Source: the human T2T-CHM13v2.0 reference genome, Homo sapiens
Length of the DNA: 64,000 bases
Direction: 5' to 3' (one strand)
Assembly (NCBI RefSeq): GCF_009914755.1
Contig: NC_060927.1
Shown: piece after piece, positions 62,581 to 64,000 of the stretch
Layout of the letters: the number at the start of each line of letters is the position of its first letter
Numbering within the stretch: position 1 is the stretch's first letter
The notes under the pieces: model-generated
The model's input: only the letters and a program-made list of their open reading frames with translations
What the model was told of the DNA's origin: nothing
Databases searched by the model: none
Position numbers and translations under genes: made by a program

Positions 62581-63484
62581 CAAAAGCCGCTCCCTGGACT
62601 CAAGGCCCAGGCCTGCCTCAACTGCCACCCACCTGTCCCTCTTCCTCTGGACATTAGGAAAGGACACATCAAGGGGTCAGGAGCAGCTCTAGCCACTGTC
62701 CTCAGAATGGGGACAGAGCAGGATCTCCAGGGCCAGCAGGGCCTGGTCGTCTTTGGAAGTGGGGTGAGAAAGGACTAAGCTTTCACGAGACATGGAGAAG
62801 CAGCCAGCAGCATGGGAAACAGGGCCTCAGCTGTGCTGCGTCTGTGCTCTGAGCTTTGCACTTTCTACATGTGTCTCTACTCAAGTTACGCCTCTCCTGG
62901 CTTCAGACCCCTCAAGCATAGAAGAGTTTGTTAGGTCCACAGCTCTCAACTCCGGCTGCACACTGGGGTCACCAGAGGAACTTTTAGGAACTACTGATTC
63001 AGTTGGGTTCCAGGCACTGCCATTTCTTCCCCTCAGGCCCTCAAGCAATTCTAGCATGCAGCAATCGGTTTGAGTAGCCCCAAGGTCTCTGACCTCATGG
63101 CTTATCAGGTCTTCTTTGAAAAGTCCTGGCTGCTTAGGAAACACCTCCAGGAAGCCATCAGTTTGCAGACTGTGGGTCCCAAGAAGTTCCTGTACCAGGA
63201 GTTCTTCCTAAAGAAACCCACCTGGACTGGAGCAGGAAGGGACCCCAGAGCCCACCTTTTCCAACTTGGTTTTAGAGATGGCAAAACTGGGGAGTGCTCC
63301 TCCTCTCCTTGGGAGGACCCCCAGCTCAGACGGGAAGTGCTTTGTGAACGTAAAGCACCAACGCTGTGAAATTACTACAGATGGAGTTGTTGAGGATGGA
63401 GATTGGGGCACTGGAATTGTAACTCCTATCTGTCTCCCCAACTAGGTTGTAAGCACCTTAATTGCAGAGACCAGGTCTCCTTTG

Positions 63485-63487
<3 letters not shown>

Positions 63488-63532
<45 letters not shown>
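63488..63532. repeat. (TG)n microsatellite
   Basis: Directly visible. Confidence 0.95.
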
Positions 63533-63534
<2 letters not shown>

Positions 63535-63559
63535 TCCTGACTTAGCAATAAATGACTAT

Positions 63560-63704
63560 GTGGATGGATGGATGGATGGATGGGTGGGTGGGTGGATGGG
63601 TGGGTGGGTGGATGGATGGATGGATGGATGGGTGGATGGATGGATGGGTGGATGGATGGATGGGTGGATGGATGGATGGGTGGATGGATGGATGGGTGGA
63701 TGGG
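63560..63704. repeat. (TGGA)n/(TGGG)n tetranucleotide repeat
   Basis: Directly visible; source of HPSI-repeat ORFs. Confidence 0.95.
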
Positions 63705-64000
63705 GCCTTCCACAGGTGAATTTCCCTTCCTTACTCATCACTAGATTTTGCCATGGGTCACCTAGGCTGTCATCACCACGGTCACTGCTGTGAATAATGG
63801 AGTGTCAGGAGCTGAGGGAGGCAGTAGGGTATTGAGAGAACCTGTTAGCCTTGGGACTCAGGGGAGGGCCATTAATAAGGAGTAAGCATCTGAAGCTGGT
63901 CCTGACAGGCTTGCTGTGAATGGTGAGGCCAGATTACATGCCCATTGTACCCTGCTGTGAATCCACATCTCCCTAAGCCCCATCACACAGTGTAGCCGGG

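Overview
Primate, almost certainly human, Alu-rich euchromatic DNA. I found no protein-coding exon I can support: the supplied ORFs are Alu, low-complexity, VNTR or chance ORFs. The window holds about 35 Alu copies (several nested in other repeats), old L1M, L2, MIR, MER5 and ERVL/MaLR LTR relics, and a ~1.15 kb CR1/L3 LINE fossil whose ORF2 is still readable (~1030-2200, minus). It also has a CpG-decayed tRNA-Asp(GTC) pseudogene (37521-37591, minus) 17 nt upstream of a co-oriented Alu, a 97-bp ~92%-identical inverted duplication (53452-53548 / 54392-54488), and a ~1.65 kb 40/34-bp minisatellite (59665-61332). The long minisatellite units carry RTGATGA, CTGA and an 8-bp hairpin, which resembles a box C/D array. 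Several unique stretches look like enhancers or non-coding exons. From memory only (unverified), the tRNA-Asp variant matches a human chr3q27 copy, which would place the window between EPHB3 and MAGEF1. Repeat boundaries and subfamily calls were made by eye and are approximate.
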